In this document: in pieces, positions 50,997 to 63,830 of the stretch
How the letters are laid out: each line of letters begins with the position of its first letter
Position numbering within the stretch: position 1 is the first letter of the stretch
Assembly (NCBI GenBank): GCA_001949185.1
Contig: BDGG01000010.1
Coordinates: 35,001 to 99,000 of the forward strand
DNA: 64,000 nucleotides
Direction: 5' to 3'
Source of the DNA: Ramazzottius varieornatus
Lineage: Eukaryota > Animalia > Tardigrada
Program-made: the position numbers and the translations under genes
The notes under the pieces: generated by a model
What the model saw: only the letters and a program-made list of their open reading frames with translations
Told to the model about the DNA's origin: nothing
The model's database searches: none

Positions 50997-51408
50997 CTAA
51001 TAGGTTAGATAATAATTATACTGTATCCCGTTCGAAATCTGTTCACGCGCAGTTTTTCAGAGTTTGAATTTCGCTCTCAAAGTTTGCCTCGTTTCACAGA
51101 TTAGAGAGCCACCGGTAATATAAACTGCTGACTAAGCTCTTGTTCTCGAAATTAGATTATATTGTGTGATGTTCAAGACTGCGTGGTGCGGTTCAAAGTC
51201 TGTCAACACCAACGAGATACAAATAATTATTAACTACCTGTTGTCTCAACAGGTGGATAAAGGACGTAGTACCACGGTCAGTGCGGCACCTACGTCCTTT
51301 TCAGCATGCTCGGAAGGACGCAGAATCAACGTTGAGGCAGTATCGCCGGTTTCGGTCTTTCTGGCGAGCAAATCCTCAGGTGAGGGTGATCGAGATGGAT
51401 ATTCTATG

Positions 51409-53174
51409 CTACCTGTAAACGAAGTAGTCACTGAAGTCTTCCCTGATGGACATCATTTCGAATGAATGGACCAGCGCTGGATACAGTTCCACGAAGGTCT
51501 CGCTGGAAGACGCCATCTCGGTCCAACGCGTCCAAGAGGGGTTTTCGAGCTTCGTTTTCCGAATACCGCGACTTTCTGCCTCTTGCTTTCTGCCTCTTTG
51601 CGGCAATGTTGGTTGTGCTGTCCATCATAAGGACCCACCTTTCGGCTGCACGGATTCTCCTTCCAATTTCCTCTTCCACTTTACGCTTTATGATATCGGT
51701 GATCTCGTTCTGCATCTCCGATGTACAGTACCCGAGACCATCTTCGTTAGCCGAGCATAAATGCTGCTCTAACGCTATGTCGTTGCTGTGGACGGTATGG
51801 TACATCAACGCATTGAAGTTACCCTGCCTCCAGTGCGTAGAACGATAAGTCAAATTCTCTACCCAAGGGATGCGGTTGTCGTTTTGTCCACGTAAAGGTA
51901 GACCGCGGCGTCCCAGGAGTAGAACTATTCGAGGCATACTTGTGACACCTCCAATGTGTATGCGTCTGTTGTCAGCAGCTTGATTATGACAACCAGAAAC
52001 TTGCTGCTGTAAGACGTTCGTTTTTTGTCCTGACAGGGTGCTGCAAAACAGAAATATAATTTGGAACTTAATTTTCGACCAAAACAGACCACCAGATAGA
52101 GTCAATGTATTTCTCCAGCGCAGTACCTGAGTTGCATGTTTGCGTCCACCATTGCGACTTTGTGTTCTCCACTTTCCTCATGACTAGGTAAGGTCTTAGA
52201 CGCCTTCACAACTCCAAGACGCTGAGTTATTGCGTCCCGATTACCGACCGACTTTCTCAAGGAGGATTACGGTGTACATGGGGTGCGGTAAGCTCCATTA
52301 TCGACATATGACCAGCCTAAGAACGGGTGGGCTTCGAGCCTACTAGCTTGAAAATATCTCGCGTGTACTTTCTCCGAACCCAAGACAGCAGGATATCGGT
52401 AGTTAGCAGGCGGTCTTGGATACTCTCGTATAAGATAACGAAGTTCCTCGAACGTTATTCGGCTAACATCACGACGAACATAACTGCCGTTGTCGAATAT
52501 CAGTTGGCCAGCATCGGGCAAATGCACCGGGACGGCAGGCACGACGGCTACTGCGGTTTGTAAGGCAGAAGAGGTCGATGGCTCCTGGTCATCAGCAAAG
52601 TATCTTGTTGGCTGGCATGCCTGCAGGAATTTTTCGGCGTCCGCATCCGTGTCAGTCTCACTCCGCGGAGCTGTGTTGACCTCTGTCAAAGAAAACCTAA
52701 TGGAAATTTACGTACAACAGCTAGACGTGAAATAATTACGAAAATATTCTTACTGGACAGATGAAGCTTGTTAAACGTTGGCGGTAGTTGTGGTCTGTCC
52801 GGAGGTTCATTATTTCCACCGGTCTGAGACACCGGCTTCTGCGGACAGAAAGAGCTCATCAAGCTATGTTTCTTGTTCAAAGATGCGCCGCTACCGCTGC
52901 CTCCCGCATCATCGGGCCGTTTAGCGGAGTTTGGAGCGTTGTAGCAGCCTTCCGGAAGTGATCGCGAGCTCGACCATGCAGCAGACGAAGAACATGTTTC
53001 CTCTTCGATCACTCGGACATTCTTCTCTCCCGGCGTCGGGAGGCCATATTCGGAAGTGTTATCCTCCAACCACGTCTGATCGTTACTTCTCCACGTCATT
53101 TCTTGAAACGGCGACGAGGAACTGACACCGGGAGCCTCACAGGGACCGCAGGAAAAACGGTCATATTTCACCAT
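51409..53174 (-). mobile_element. DUF4371 (ZMYM1/THAP12-type) hAT transposase remnant
   Basis: RYFQASRLEAHPFLGWS...GAY.T.C (TTF zinc-finger-like), HEESGEHKVA, LGRRGLPLRGQND...GNFNALM...LEQHL...YCTSEMQNEITDII...WVLMMDSTTNI, then after a deletion TRW...FVELYPALVHSFE. Frameshifts; no dimerization domain. Confidence 0.8.
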
Positions 53175-53863
53175 TTTTTCGATTCACCCCGGTAAAGTGG
53201 CGGACGGCTACAGTACAAATTTCAGCGATACCGCGCCACTTTTAGAATTTACGAACAAAAATCCGAAATATTCCCCTGGCTTGCCCCCAGACCCCCCCCC
53301 TCTTTGGCTACCGATAGGGTACAAAAATCCCGGTAGCCATTTTTACTGGTTAGAGCACAGAATCGCGGGAGCCACGGCTAACGGAAACACTGTGTGGCGC
53401 GTCTGTGAACGTGCTCATATAATTCAACCAGTGGACGTACGAGGTAAAGGATGTAAACTTAGCCACCCCATTCGGGTTTGTAAAGTTAGCCACGGCTGCA
53501 GCGTCTGTCGCTTGATTGACTATTCGATTGTCAGTCTTGGCTTTTTAACATGAGTTTTAGCGTTCTTTTAATTGCGGATCTCTTGGATTCTCTGACTCCT
53601 CGCGTTGACTGTACCTAATACTATTCGCCAGCTCATTACTTTATCTATCGATTTATTCTTGAAAGTTTGGGATTGAGTAGTAGAGAACAGGCGAACTTAG
53701 ACGGCTAACTGTACAAACCCGGTATGGGGCGGCCAACTTTACGACCTTTCCCTCGTAGGGCTTTTCGGGTTCTCGATTGCTCCAACCGAAAATGACATCC
53801 GGTAGTCCACGGACCGAAACACGTAAAAGATCGTCGTAAAGCAGCATCAGAGCATTACTTACG

Positions 53864-55053
53864 ATGGACTTGCAGACCGGAAGAGCCGCTTGCAAGACGG
53901 CAGCGCAGTGGGTCTGGAAGAAGCTGTGGAAGAGTCGCGATCACGCCGACTTCGCTTTCTTCGCCAGTGACGGAAGTGAGATCAAAGTCCATAAGCTGCT
54001 GCTGGTCACTTATTCTCCTGTCATGAAGGCTATTTTTCACCCATTGGCAGTTGAAACACACAAGCTGACGAGAACGAAAAGCCGGAAGTCGCGGAAGACA
54101 AAGGAGAAACGGCGACGGTGGACGACGTCCTCGCAGCCTTCCGCCGCTTCTCCCGCAGTGAAGTGTCCTCTTTCCTGGAACTGATGTACACCGGAGAGTC
54201 TTCTGGGGTCGATGGCTACATCACAGCCATCTACCATCTGTCCAAACTTCTCAAGGTAGGGGAAAGAAAACTAGAACATCTGACGCAGAACTTGTTGCAT
54301 GCCTGCAGCGAGTAGATTGTTGGTTAGGAGAGAATTCTAGCGCAATGCAGTCTTGTGTCTTTGTTGTGGAAAATCAATCAATATTTAACATGGAGCAATC
54401 ACTGCTTGTCACTACTGTGGTTGTTCATCAATCAGGAACCAAGGCACATGCTGAGACGTCAGTACTAACGAGTTTTTCTGGTGATACAGACATTAAGTTG
54501 CCACCGCCAGACGAAAGTCCCACTGTAGCTAAGATGAGTTGCAACGTCACTCATAAGCGCAGCAGCTGATCAGAACTTTGAATAGTTGGGCAGCCACCAT
54601 GCTTCCCAATGCTAGCCAACCGAATTTCCGATTTCGCCATTTTTCGAAAATGAGGGGAGCTCCGGAAAGCAAAATGTAGTTACACGTCACGAAAGGGGCG
54701 GAGCAAGGCCGTAGCTACAGTTGCAAAGTGAACGGGAGTGGCAACTTAATCTCTATAATGATTGGCCGTTAGGCTGTCATATTGGTCTGAATCGACTTCT
54801 TTTTCCTTGTTTGCAGGTGGCCGACGTCTTGGAGCTGATTCAGTTCTGTCTGCGTCACCGTCTGCAGTTGTTCAATGGTCTGGATGCCTTAGTCCTGGCC
54901 ACCGAAGTGAAAGACGATTCTCTTCAGTGGGGTGTCGAGAAGTACTTGGTCGAGCGACGCTGAAGAGTAATGGGTTCCAGTAAGTGGGCAGCCTTTAAAG
55001 AACAGCTCCCTGATATCTACGTGAGTCTCCTGGAGAAGATGGCTTGCGCTTGA
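53864..55053 (+). pseudogene. BTB/POZ (SPOP-like BTB-BACK) pseudogene
   Basis: DFAFFASDGSEIKVHKLLLVTYSPVMKAIF, frameshift, FLELMYTG; intron 54256-54816 containing a MITE; second exon with another frameshift before VMGSSKWAAFKEQLPDIYVSLLEKM. Confidence 0.72.
54487..54755. mobile_element. 269-bp MITE, copy 2 (inverted relative to 4500-4768)
   Basis: Same length and TIRs as copy 1, flanked by TA on both sides; inside the BTB gene intron. Confidence 0.85.
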
Positions 55054-55845
55054 AAGAGCGACGAGGTTCTGCTCCGTTAGAAGTTTTGATGAAGTGTATC
55101 TGCTTTGGTTGTTGTTTCCTCCTCTTTTATGGTTCATTTCGATTACCTCTGTACTTTCCCCTTACCTTACTGCGGTACTGTAGTGCAGTATTTTGGATCG
55201 GTGTTTTTACTTTGGGTTCTCGTTTGCTAACCATACGCATGGCTGCTTTGTAGCTGTCATGTCCTTGTCGGACGGTCTCATCGGGAAACGGTTCTGTAGT
55301 TTCCTGTTGAACTCAGATTTATATGAGATTTTATTGGTTATCTGGTCAGAAACCCATGGCACCACCAAAATACGTGCTGATCGTCCCAAAAGTCGAAGAA
55401 AATTCGTGGAAAATACAGTGGTTCGAAAAACAAGTTCGAGACGAACTTTGTAAGACATCGTCGCAGGCCCATCAGTAAAGGGGATTGATACGCGGCACGT
55501 TCTCTGCAGGGCAAGGGGTAAAAAGTCGAAGCGAACTAAAATCAGTGTCCAGTGTCCGCTCAAGTTCTCATCAGCTCGGCATGCAGCAGCACAGGAAAAG
55601 AAACTAAAAACGTATGTTCGCTCAACGGAGCTCAACGCTCAACCAATATAATGATACAGAATTCTAATTTTGGAATCCTTCAATCACAATCAGGGGGGGG
55701 GGGGTGTATTTCTGATGGTTGCGCCACGTTGTCGAGGTACGAAAAAATTTTAGTTGAGAGGTGATCCTTTGGTTGGTTTGTTAGGTTACATTGAAATTCG
55801 TAAAATTGTACCCAGAGACCACATCTCTGATTGGGTATGCAGTTA

Positions 55846-56154
55846 CTAGACGACCATGTCAGGGTACCCCAGGATATTGGCTCGTATAAGGCCAACCAGC
55901 TGGTTGAGGTCCGAGCGGCTGAGGCGGAAGTTGGCGCCGGAAGTCAGCGTGACGTCCACTGGGTTTTTCATCATGTTGGCGTTGAGCGAGTCCGCCATCG
56001 ATGGTGCTTCTCCCGAGCGTTTTCCTGGTGTCCACCCTTTGCTGAACTGAAACTGCTGGGCGCTGGTCAGCTCGTGAGAAAGAATCAGCAAACCCAGAAC
56101 GCACATTGGCATCACCAGCCGCCATGCATTTGGAAGAGCCATCGGAAAAACCAT
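55846..56154 (-). CDS. Corazonin/GnRH-superfamily neuropeptide precursor (mature pQQFQFSKGWTP-amide)
   Basis: Signal peptide ending ...LTSA, immediately followed by QQFQFSKGWTP-G-KR (amidation Gly plus dibasic site) and an associated peptide; compare corazonin pQTFQYSRGWTN-amide. Confidence 0.88.
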   Translation of the reverse strand: MVFPMALPNAWRLVMPMCVLGLLILSHELTSAQQFQFSKGWTPGKRSGEAPSMADSLNANMMKNPVDVTLTSGANFRLSRSDLNQLVGLIRANILGYPDMVV

Positions 56155-56918
56155 GGTGAAAACCTCGTGAAAACTCAGACCCTAAAACTAAAAACCAAAG
56201 CTATGTCTCGGGATCGGCTAAGGTCACAGCAAGCTCACGATGTTACAGATGGGCAATTTCAGGTACGAAAGGAATATTACTTGATGGATCTGTATTGTGA
56301 GGATTCGGTTATTTTATACTGTTTGGTTGGAGTATCCTGTTCAACGTGAACGTCAGGCGGAGACCTGCGTGTGAAACTATGATTAGTTTTCTGGAGGCAA
56401 GGTGGTCCTGTGAGACCAATTACTCTGCGTCCACGAGAAATTAACCGCAAGTAATTTGCAGGAGATTATGGCCTCTTCGCCGACAACCCAGTCTTGTCCG
56501 TAGAAAACCGATGAGGATCATTTTTCACGCTGTTACGAGTTTCACTCGGTCAGAATAATGCGTGCCGACAATCATTCCGATGCGCTAGTCCACTGAGAAT
56601 TTCGCGCGTCTCATACCACCACATTTGGACATCACAAAACCTAGCCACGTAACCACGCTATCAATAGCACCCACTAATGTTCATGACCACAACGACCTCC
56701 CTTCCCAGAAAACAAAATTACTCCGCAGTAAATTAACTGACCAATTATTTGCTGCGAAAGCAGAACGTAAGCTGAACCCCATGATTGTGAAAATATTTCA
56801 AAAATGGCAAATAAGGCTAGGAAAAACGTCGAAGAAAGCGAACTACTCCAAAGAAAGCCAAAAGTTCCATCAGAGATACTCATAACAAAATAATTTGAGA
56901 GCGAGAGATACTCAACCG

Positions 56919-59900
56919 TTACTTCCTCGCTCCTCGAACACGTCCTCGAGTGGTAGCTCGTGCTCGTGGCGTCGCTGTTCCACGAGCCGTGCTGTTGCTT
57001 CGTACGGTACTGGGCGTCTTGGTTTGGGACGAGCTGGCCGAAGAAGGTATTTCGATCTCGGGCGAGGACGCATAGCTGGCTCGGGTGGTCGCTGCAGCGC
57101 CTCGAGCTGCTCCTCTGGCTCCACGAGCACGCCCACCTCGAGCTCTGGTAGTAGCCACACCGCGACCACGTCCGTTGGCGGTACCGTTAGCTGGTGGCAT
57201 CTCTTCGTCTGACTCATCAATCTGCAAAAAGACGAAATGGAAATGGAAATGCAAAACGAAAGAAAGATATGAAAGCTCGGCCACAAAACTCCATCAAGAC
57301 GTTTTGTTGAGTGGCGCACGCTTTCATTACAATTTGCTGATAGCGCGCGCCACTTCAACAAACCTTCCGGTCGAATTTGTCCGCCGAACTCTCGGACACT
57401 GACAACGAGGTCAAAAAGATCACACAAAACCTAGGAGCCTCTATTAGGCCAGGATCAAAGATAACACCTTGTGTTTCAGAGTTCTGATTTTCCAGGAAGT
57501 CCATCTCCGGAAGCTGACTTCATGTTAGAATGCCGGCTGTATTACCTGAATGATGGGGGCTGCCGCTTCGGGGGCAGCTCGCGAAGCCGCCGCTCCTTTC
57601 TTCTTGCCAGCACCCTTTGAACGCCAGTCTTCAAAGTCGTTGACGAAGTCCGACATGTACTTCTCGTTCTCCGATCGGAAGGTCCTCAAGCTATTCAGCA
57701 ACTCCTCTCCGGGGTCTCCACTCATCTCTGCCAACGACAAGTACTGCAACGCCTGAGCTTTCTGATATTCGTATGCGTCCAAGATGGCCTCCCTATCCTC
57801 CTACATAAACACACTTCCGGTTATAAAACCAATCTGCAAAAGTGTGAGATCGGCAAAGAAACTCGACAAGTTCGTTTTCACAAGTGGAGCACAACTCCAG
57901 TGTTATCAACTGGAAGCGTGCGCCACTTGGGCGAACTGAACGAGATTGTTTTCTCAAATGGCGTTACGATCGCGGAAGTATAAGCCGGACAAGTGCGCCA
58001 CTTCGACAACCACCCTGTCGAGTTTGCTCACTTTGCCCAAATAGTGATTCCACACTTACGTTGTTCACAAACTTTCGCAGCGCTTCCGTCAAGAACTTCG
58101 AGTTGAAGACCATCAGCCCGGAATCCGACTTATCGTCGAAGTACTTGACCAGGACATCTTCAATCGTCGCAGTGTCCAGTTCGATCAGCGGCTTGATTTC
58201 CTTCGACACGCCGTTGCTCACTCCACCATGACCATTCATCTGTGCCTTCTCGGCCTTTCTCTTCAGTGGCAGAATGATATCTTTGGGGTTAGCTACCCTA
58301 CCGAAGAACTTCTGGCCGAAGAGGATTGGGTTCAACGGTTCAATGTCGCCGAAGTCGACTCTCAGCCGCACCAGTGGTTGCTTGGGCTGATGTGGACCTT
58401 TGGTCTCTTCCACGCGGCGAATGATACGCTCCATTCGACCGGCCAGGAAGGTCTCGACTTCGAGTCGAATCGTGTCAGTGTTGGCTTCGGTCTTGGTGAA
58501 GCCTGCTTGTTTGAGATCGATCTCTTCTATCACGAAGGGACGAACCGTCCGCAGAGCGATGGGCTCTACGAGGTACCTGCGACCACAGACCTTTACAACG
58601 TAGCAAAACTTTTGCTTGCCTTCTCCGTCGCTCATCGATGTGGCCACTGAACTACCTGCAAAAATCCATCCATGACACACAAACTGACTTCTGTTCTGTG
58701 ATGTGGTGGACAACAACCCTGTCAAGAACCCATCCAAAAAGCCATGCTGTCACACGTCGGCAGGCATGAGGAAACCAGGACACGACGCAACAGCCGACAC
58801 GAAAATCAACGGCCGAACCCTGCTTACACACTGCACCAAACATGGAAAAGCATGACCCACACGCAGTCCTCACGCGGCCAAGCGTGACCGAAGCACGGCC
58901 ATCCCGACCGGGTGCACTAAAATCGAAATTCAGAGGATTCTGTTGTTTACCTGGCTGGAGGACTTCAAAGCCTCGTTCCTTGTTATGCTCAGGCTCGGGA
59001 ATGGGGTCGTGTTCATGGCCCCAGACGACCAAGTCAAGGAAGGAGTCCAAGAAGGACTCGGGAATGTAGTTGTGGCTGCCACGGTGTGCAGGCCGGTTCT
59101 GATGGAGAACGAAGAGGTTGAACCATTCGTCGGTGGCTTCGCTAGGTCGCTTCATCTGGACACGGTTGTTCAGGTACGCTCGATGAAGTCGTTCGTCTCG
59201 GATGGAACCCAGACCGTACAGAGCCAGCTTTGTGGTGCCTTTCGTGAATAGCAGTGGGTAGATGTCGATATTTTCTGCAAAAGAAGAGACCATTACAATT
59301 AACAATCAACCGACGATGCAACGTCAATTCTACCGATTACGGCAGCTTAGCCTGCAACGTTACCGATATCGCTGGCTTTCCCGAAGTAGTTAATCAAGCC
59401 GTACGTGTGGAGAAGATCGAGTTCGCTGAGGTATTTGAGACCGCTGGGATCGTCGTGGTTGCCGTGAATGGAATAAACGGGTAGGTTGATGTTCAAGTCT
59501 GGATCCTCTGTGTTGATGCGACGAAACTGCGGCTCCACGTGGGCGAAGTTGACTTCCGGCTCGCTTACCAACTGGAACTTGACTTGACCATCTCCCATGC
59601 AGTAGGAACGGAGCAGACTCGCGCATTGCTGCAAAGGAAACACACAAAAGTCAGCAACAGCAAAGACCCAGATCAATCGGCTCATGACGTCAAATGAATC
59701 CAGTCACAAATGTATCACACATAACGGCAGCCGATTGTTCGAGGTATTACATCGTGCGCGAACGAAAACGGGTGAGCGAAAAACCGACAGCAGATTCGAT
59801 GCTGACTTGCCGTGGTTGATTAGTTGGTTACCTGTGCAGTAGATCGACTTGGTTTATTTTCGTGAAACAGATCACCACCCAACAGCACAAAGTCCACTTG

Positions 59901-60194
59901 CTTTTCCTTTGCCGTTCTCAGAATCTCTTCGAATGTTCTGAGGGAATCAGTCTTCCGTAGTTCATCCCTGTCAGCATATCCGAGATGACAGTCAGATGCC
60001 AGGAGGATTGTGAAAGTGTCTTCGGGCCTGACTTGCGCGTCGTCCAGCGTCAGCTGTCGCAGCGATGGTTGACGGTGGAAGCCATTGGGCGCTGTCGAGG
60101 CATCCTCCACTTTGAGATTGAGCTGCTCCGACGCAGGCTCCATGTCCATCGTTCCATCCATGGAATCAAAGATCTGCGTGGTTTCTTGAGTCAT
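56919..60194 (-). CDS. MRE11: Double-strand break repair nuclease MRE11, six exons (60194-59832, 59628-59364, 59274-58951, 58655-58060, 57800-57546, 57221-56919), ~701 aa
   Basis: All phosphoesterase motifs present ([36 protein letters not shown]), [29 protein letters not shown] capping domain and C-terminal GAR motif (RGRG...[12 protein letters not shown]). Exon lengths sum to 2106 nt, in frame. Confidence 0.95.
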
Positions 60195-60855
60195 GTTGAA
60201 TAAAGTAAAAAATCACAGCCACGAAATGGCGGCTTTCAAAAAATCATTTTGTGCAAAATGGAATCTGCCACAGGTTCGCGCCGGCCACTGGGAAGACCTA
60301 ACCACGCCTCCGTCTGTGGACTGCGTTACAAGACGTACAGTACAAGATCGTCATCTTTGGTGGCGCAGGTTTTTGTTATTATAGGGATTGCGAGCGCCAA
60401 CGCACTAGCACAATGCGATACGCACAAGAACATCGTGACATCATAGAAACAAGTTCGTCTCGTGGACTCTGTGTTAAGAGAGTCGCACAATGTCTCCTTA
60501 TAATGTCACGATGTCCCTGTGCGTATCGAATTGTGCTAGTGCGCTTTCGTTCGCAATCTGCATATTACTTATTAGCGGCCGGAAGAATACGCTGCTTGAG
60601 ATAACAATCTTGTACGTTTTGTTTGCACCTGCCCAGTGTCCTTGCCCTGGAAAATTCCACCGTCCGTAAGACAAGAGGCTGGCTTTTCAAGAATGCGGAA
60701 ACCAGCGCGGTGTGTGTCGACGAGCATTGCTTGCTGTGTCATCCCCTCTCCCGTTGTTCATGGTATCTTTTGCGAGGAAGTTTGCCTTCTTCATTTCATC
60801 CAGTGTTTGAAACAATCGGTGTAAATTAATTTTTGATCGACGATTTTTCTACACG

Positions 60856-62124
60856 ATGCCGACCTTGTATGTTTCGGAAACTGGAGATGATGTTTATCGT
60901 CCATCAAAATCAAAGAAATTCACCCTTTACCCGGTGGAATATCGAACCCCGTTGTCTAAGAAAGAACTTGAAGAAGAGCTGAAATATCATACCGGACCGC
61001 TCAGAATGTGTAAGTCACGTTTTTACCTGCGGCAGGAGGCATTCAAAGCGAGCCGTTACACAGCTTTTCTGACTGGACGGAAAAATTTCCAGGACGTACC
61101 CACTGATGAAAGTGCGGGATTGGGTTGATTTGTGTTCTCTGCAGGTTTCCTTAAGTACGGCGGAAGTGGTAGACGCCCCTGCTTGTTGAACACATTCAAG
61201 GACACCTATCGGCATTTGGAGTACGTGCCTGTGTTTCAGCTCGTTCAGAATAAGAACTGCGAGCTCTGTATGATATTGCAGGTTTAAATCGAGCGCTGGA
61301 CCAACAACCACTTCCTCCAGCAGCCAGCAAAATCAGAGCGGAAACTACGGCGGCGTAAGTCATGCTCTGCCTTTTGCTTGCTTGTTTATTAACCACACAA
61401 GGCCTACAAGCCTTCATTTCCGCCGTCTTGCTTGCCAGGCTCTTCTCACGTCAGTCCTACGCCTATTGCACTTTTCCGCTGCTCAAGTTTCTTTAGGTCC
61501 TACGCATATTGCCGTCTACGTTCGATTCTAACTTCCGATTCTTTTTTTCTTTGCAGCCATACGGCGGATTTGACTCGCAGTCCCACCAGTATGAACCGTC
61601 TGGCATGGGAGGAGGATCATACGGCCAAAGCTCCAGCTACGGACAGGGATCGTCCGGATACGGACAAGGCTCGTCCAGCTACGGCCAGCAGAGTGGTCGT
61701 CCCCAAGACAGCGACCGATTCGGAGGCAGCTCGAGCTTCGGTGGTCAGCCTTCCGGTCAGTATGGAGGCCACAGCCAAGGAGGATACGGTGGACAACAGG
61801 GCGGGTATGGAGGATCCAACGGCCAGAGTTACGGACCGTACGGCAGCAGCAGCAACCAACAGAGCAGCATGGAAAGCAACCGCGGAATGGATGGCAGTTA
61901 CGGCTTCAGCCAAGACTCTGGACGTCAAGGAGGTAAGCCCACCTGGAAGTGAGCTTTCCTTTTTGGTCAATGGTGTCTGACGTGCCTTTGTTTCGCTCCT
62001 TTCAGGTATGGGAATGCCTGATTTTGTAGGTGGTTCTGATCGATATGGAGGCTTCGAAGGACCCAACCGCCCCGACATGTCTTACGGACAACAGAACGGT
62101 GGACGCATCGGTGACCGATGGTAA
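60856..62124 (+). CDS. Putative 265-aa protein with a G/S/Y/Q-rich prion-like low-complexity domain (exons 60856-61009, 61145-61220, 61282-61354, 61557-61932, 62006-62124)
   Basis: Four GT-AG introns give a continuous 798-nt frame: ~77-aa mixed-composition N-terminus, then repeats such as SYGQSSSYGQGSSGYGQGSSSYGQQ and GGYGGQQGGYGG, ending RIGDRW*. Confidence 0.7.
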
Positions 62125-62906
62125 CCGAAGTTTTCTCTCAGGATGTGGACGCTCGAGACGAATGTGCGCGTTCACCGCGACTGTAGTATCTACCTCATGT
62201 GCGCCTTTGGCACGCATCATTTATCAGGCACCACTGTGCCAACTTCAATCCTCTTTAAAGTGACGCACTGATCAAGTAATCAACTGAACGATAGCATGTA
62301 AGTTTAGCAGAAGCGCGAAAGCTTTTCCGCTCGACGTCCTCATCGGTTCCCTGCTTGTAAGGTAGCTGTGTGTCCCAAACTTTCTGCGAAGGATGAACAT
62401 GCCACTATTGGTTCTTCACATAAACTTTCGAAAGTAGCTTACGTTGCAGTATTTCCCTACATGCGCGGTGACGTAACTGATGTTTGCGCCCAAGAACGGA
62501 AGAAAAAACAGTTGTGGGTAGAAGATGACCAGACCATTGGAAAACCTCGTGTGCTAAGCGGAAGCTAGCTAGGGAGTCGCTAGAGCAGTAAACGTGATCG
62601 AGCATATGGAGAACTGGCAGCGAACGTTCTCTGCGATCTTCGTAACTGCGCGTTGAATACTGGTTTTGTCAACCTCTTTTAAAGTTAAACGTAGTTGCAA
62701 TCCTCAGTAAGAGCTTCCAGCAGTCGTTCGGTCAGTGCTTTCAGAACCTTCGGATGAGATGTGCTCAAGACACCTAGAGCGTCGGGATGAAGTTCACTGA
62801 AGTCCGGTTCGTGTCTGCGAAATGAGAAACGACCTTGGTGCAAAACCTTGCTTCGAGGTTCCGAATAAAATTGTACAGTACCACACACGGACTCAAACCA
62901 AGTAAC

Positions 62907-63830
62907 TTACGTTCGTATGAGGCTGGCAAATGCATTTGGAAACTGCGGAAGATATTCATTCCCCTGACTCTGCCAGTAATACTGGAAGGTTGACTGAAGG
63001 ATGCGTCGCTCTTTATCCGTCATCGGCTTTGCGTACTTACGTCCCAAACGGAGCATTTCTCTGGCAAAGACTTCCGCTTCCCCTTCTCCGTATTCGTAGC
63101 TTGCAAACATGCCATGACGACGACCTTTATCCATTGGACCAATGTTGACTTCCTCCATCTCCGTCACATGGATGATGTGCAGGGTTTTGGTCAGGTGGTG
63201 GTGCAGTAAAGTGAACCAGTTGACGCCCGTGATCCAGCAGTCCTTCAGGACAAGACGGAATCCAGGGGGAAGCACTGTCTCTGTCGGCCTAGGCCTCGAC
63301 TCGATATGCAGCTCCAGTAAGTCAGAGGCAGCTAATCTTACGTTCCACCAGAGATAGAACTGCAGTGGACTGCTCATCCCGGCTACACCCTTTTTGATAT
63401 TTAGGACGAGAGTATTTCCCTTAGCGAGCCTAACGAAGGTTTGTCCGTAACCTGCCACGAAAAAATAGTCATTACCATCCAATTTCCATGCACGTGACAG
63501 CCTCTAGTTTAGTATCTTGGCCGATCCAAAGTCCATTAGGTATGCCCATTAGCTATCCATTTAATGGTTAAACCCCGCTTAACATGGACCTGTGGCCGAT
63601 CCATACCAAAAACAAATATTCCACGTCTTCGCTGAGTATCTTTTTGTCCGTCGAACCATTCCTTCAGGTTGACCGGCAGGTTATTTTCGTACGCGTAGTA
63701 GGGGTCGTCGAAGCTGTACACTGCAATTTCGCACCGTGGAGCACTCGATAGGTTGAAGGTCAAGTGGTTGTTCCTAAAGGTCTTTGTCAACAGCTTCCGC
63801 CACGTTTGAGATACGCTGCAAATCGGGCAT
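62907..63830 (-). pseudogene. Probable decayed F-box-like gene
   Basis: CSVSQTWRKLL (F-box C-terminal-like motif) directly upstream of ORF 63536-63790, followed by a second long ORF 62907-63482; frames interrupted. Confidence 0.3.

Noticed and set aside
48597-53345. Candidate termini for the DUF4371 hAT (CAGTAGCGCGCCAGGG at 48597; poly-C plus TGGCTACCG near 53300)
   Set aside because: The ends do not pair convincingly and no 8-bp TSD was found, so boundaries are not claimed.
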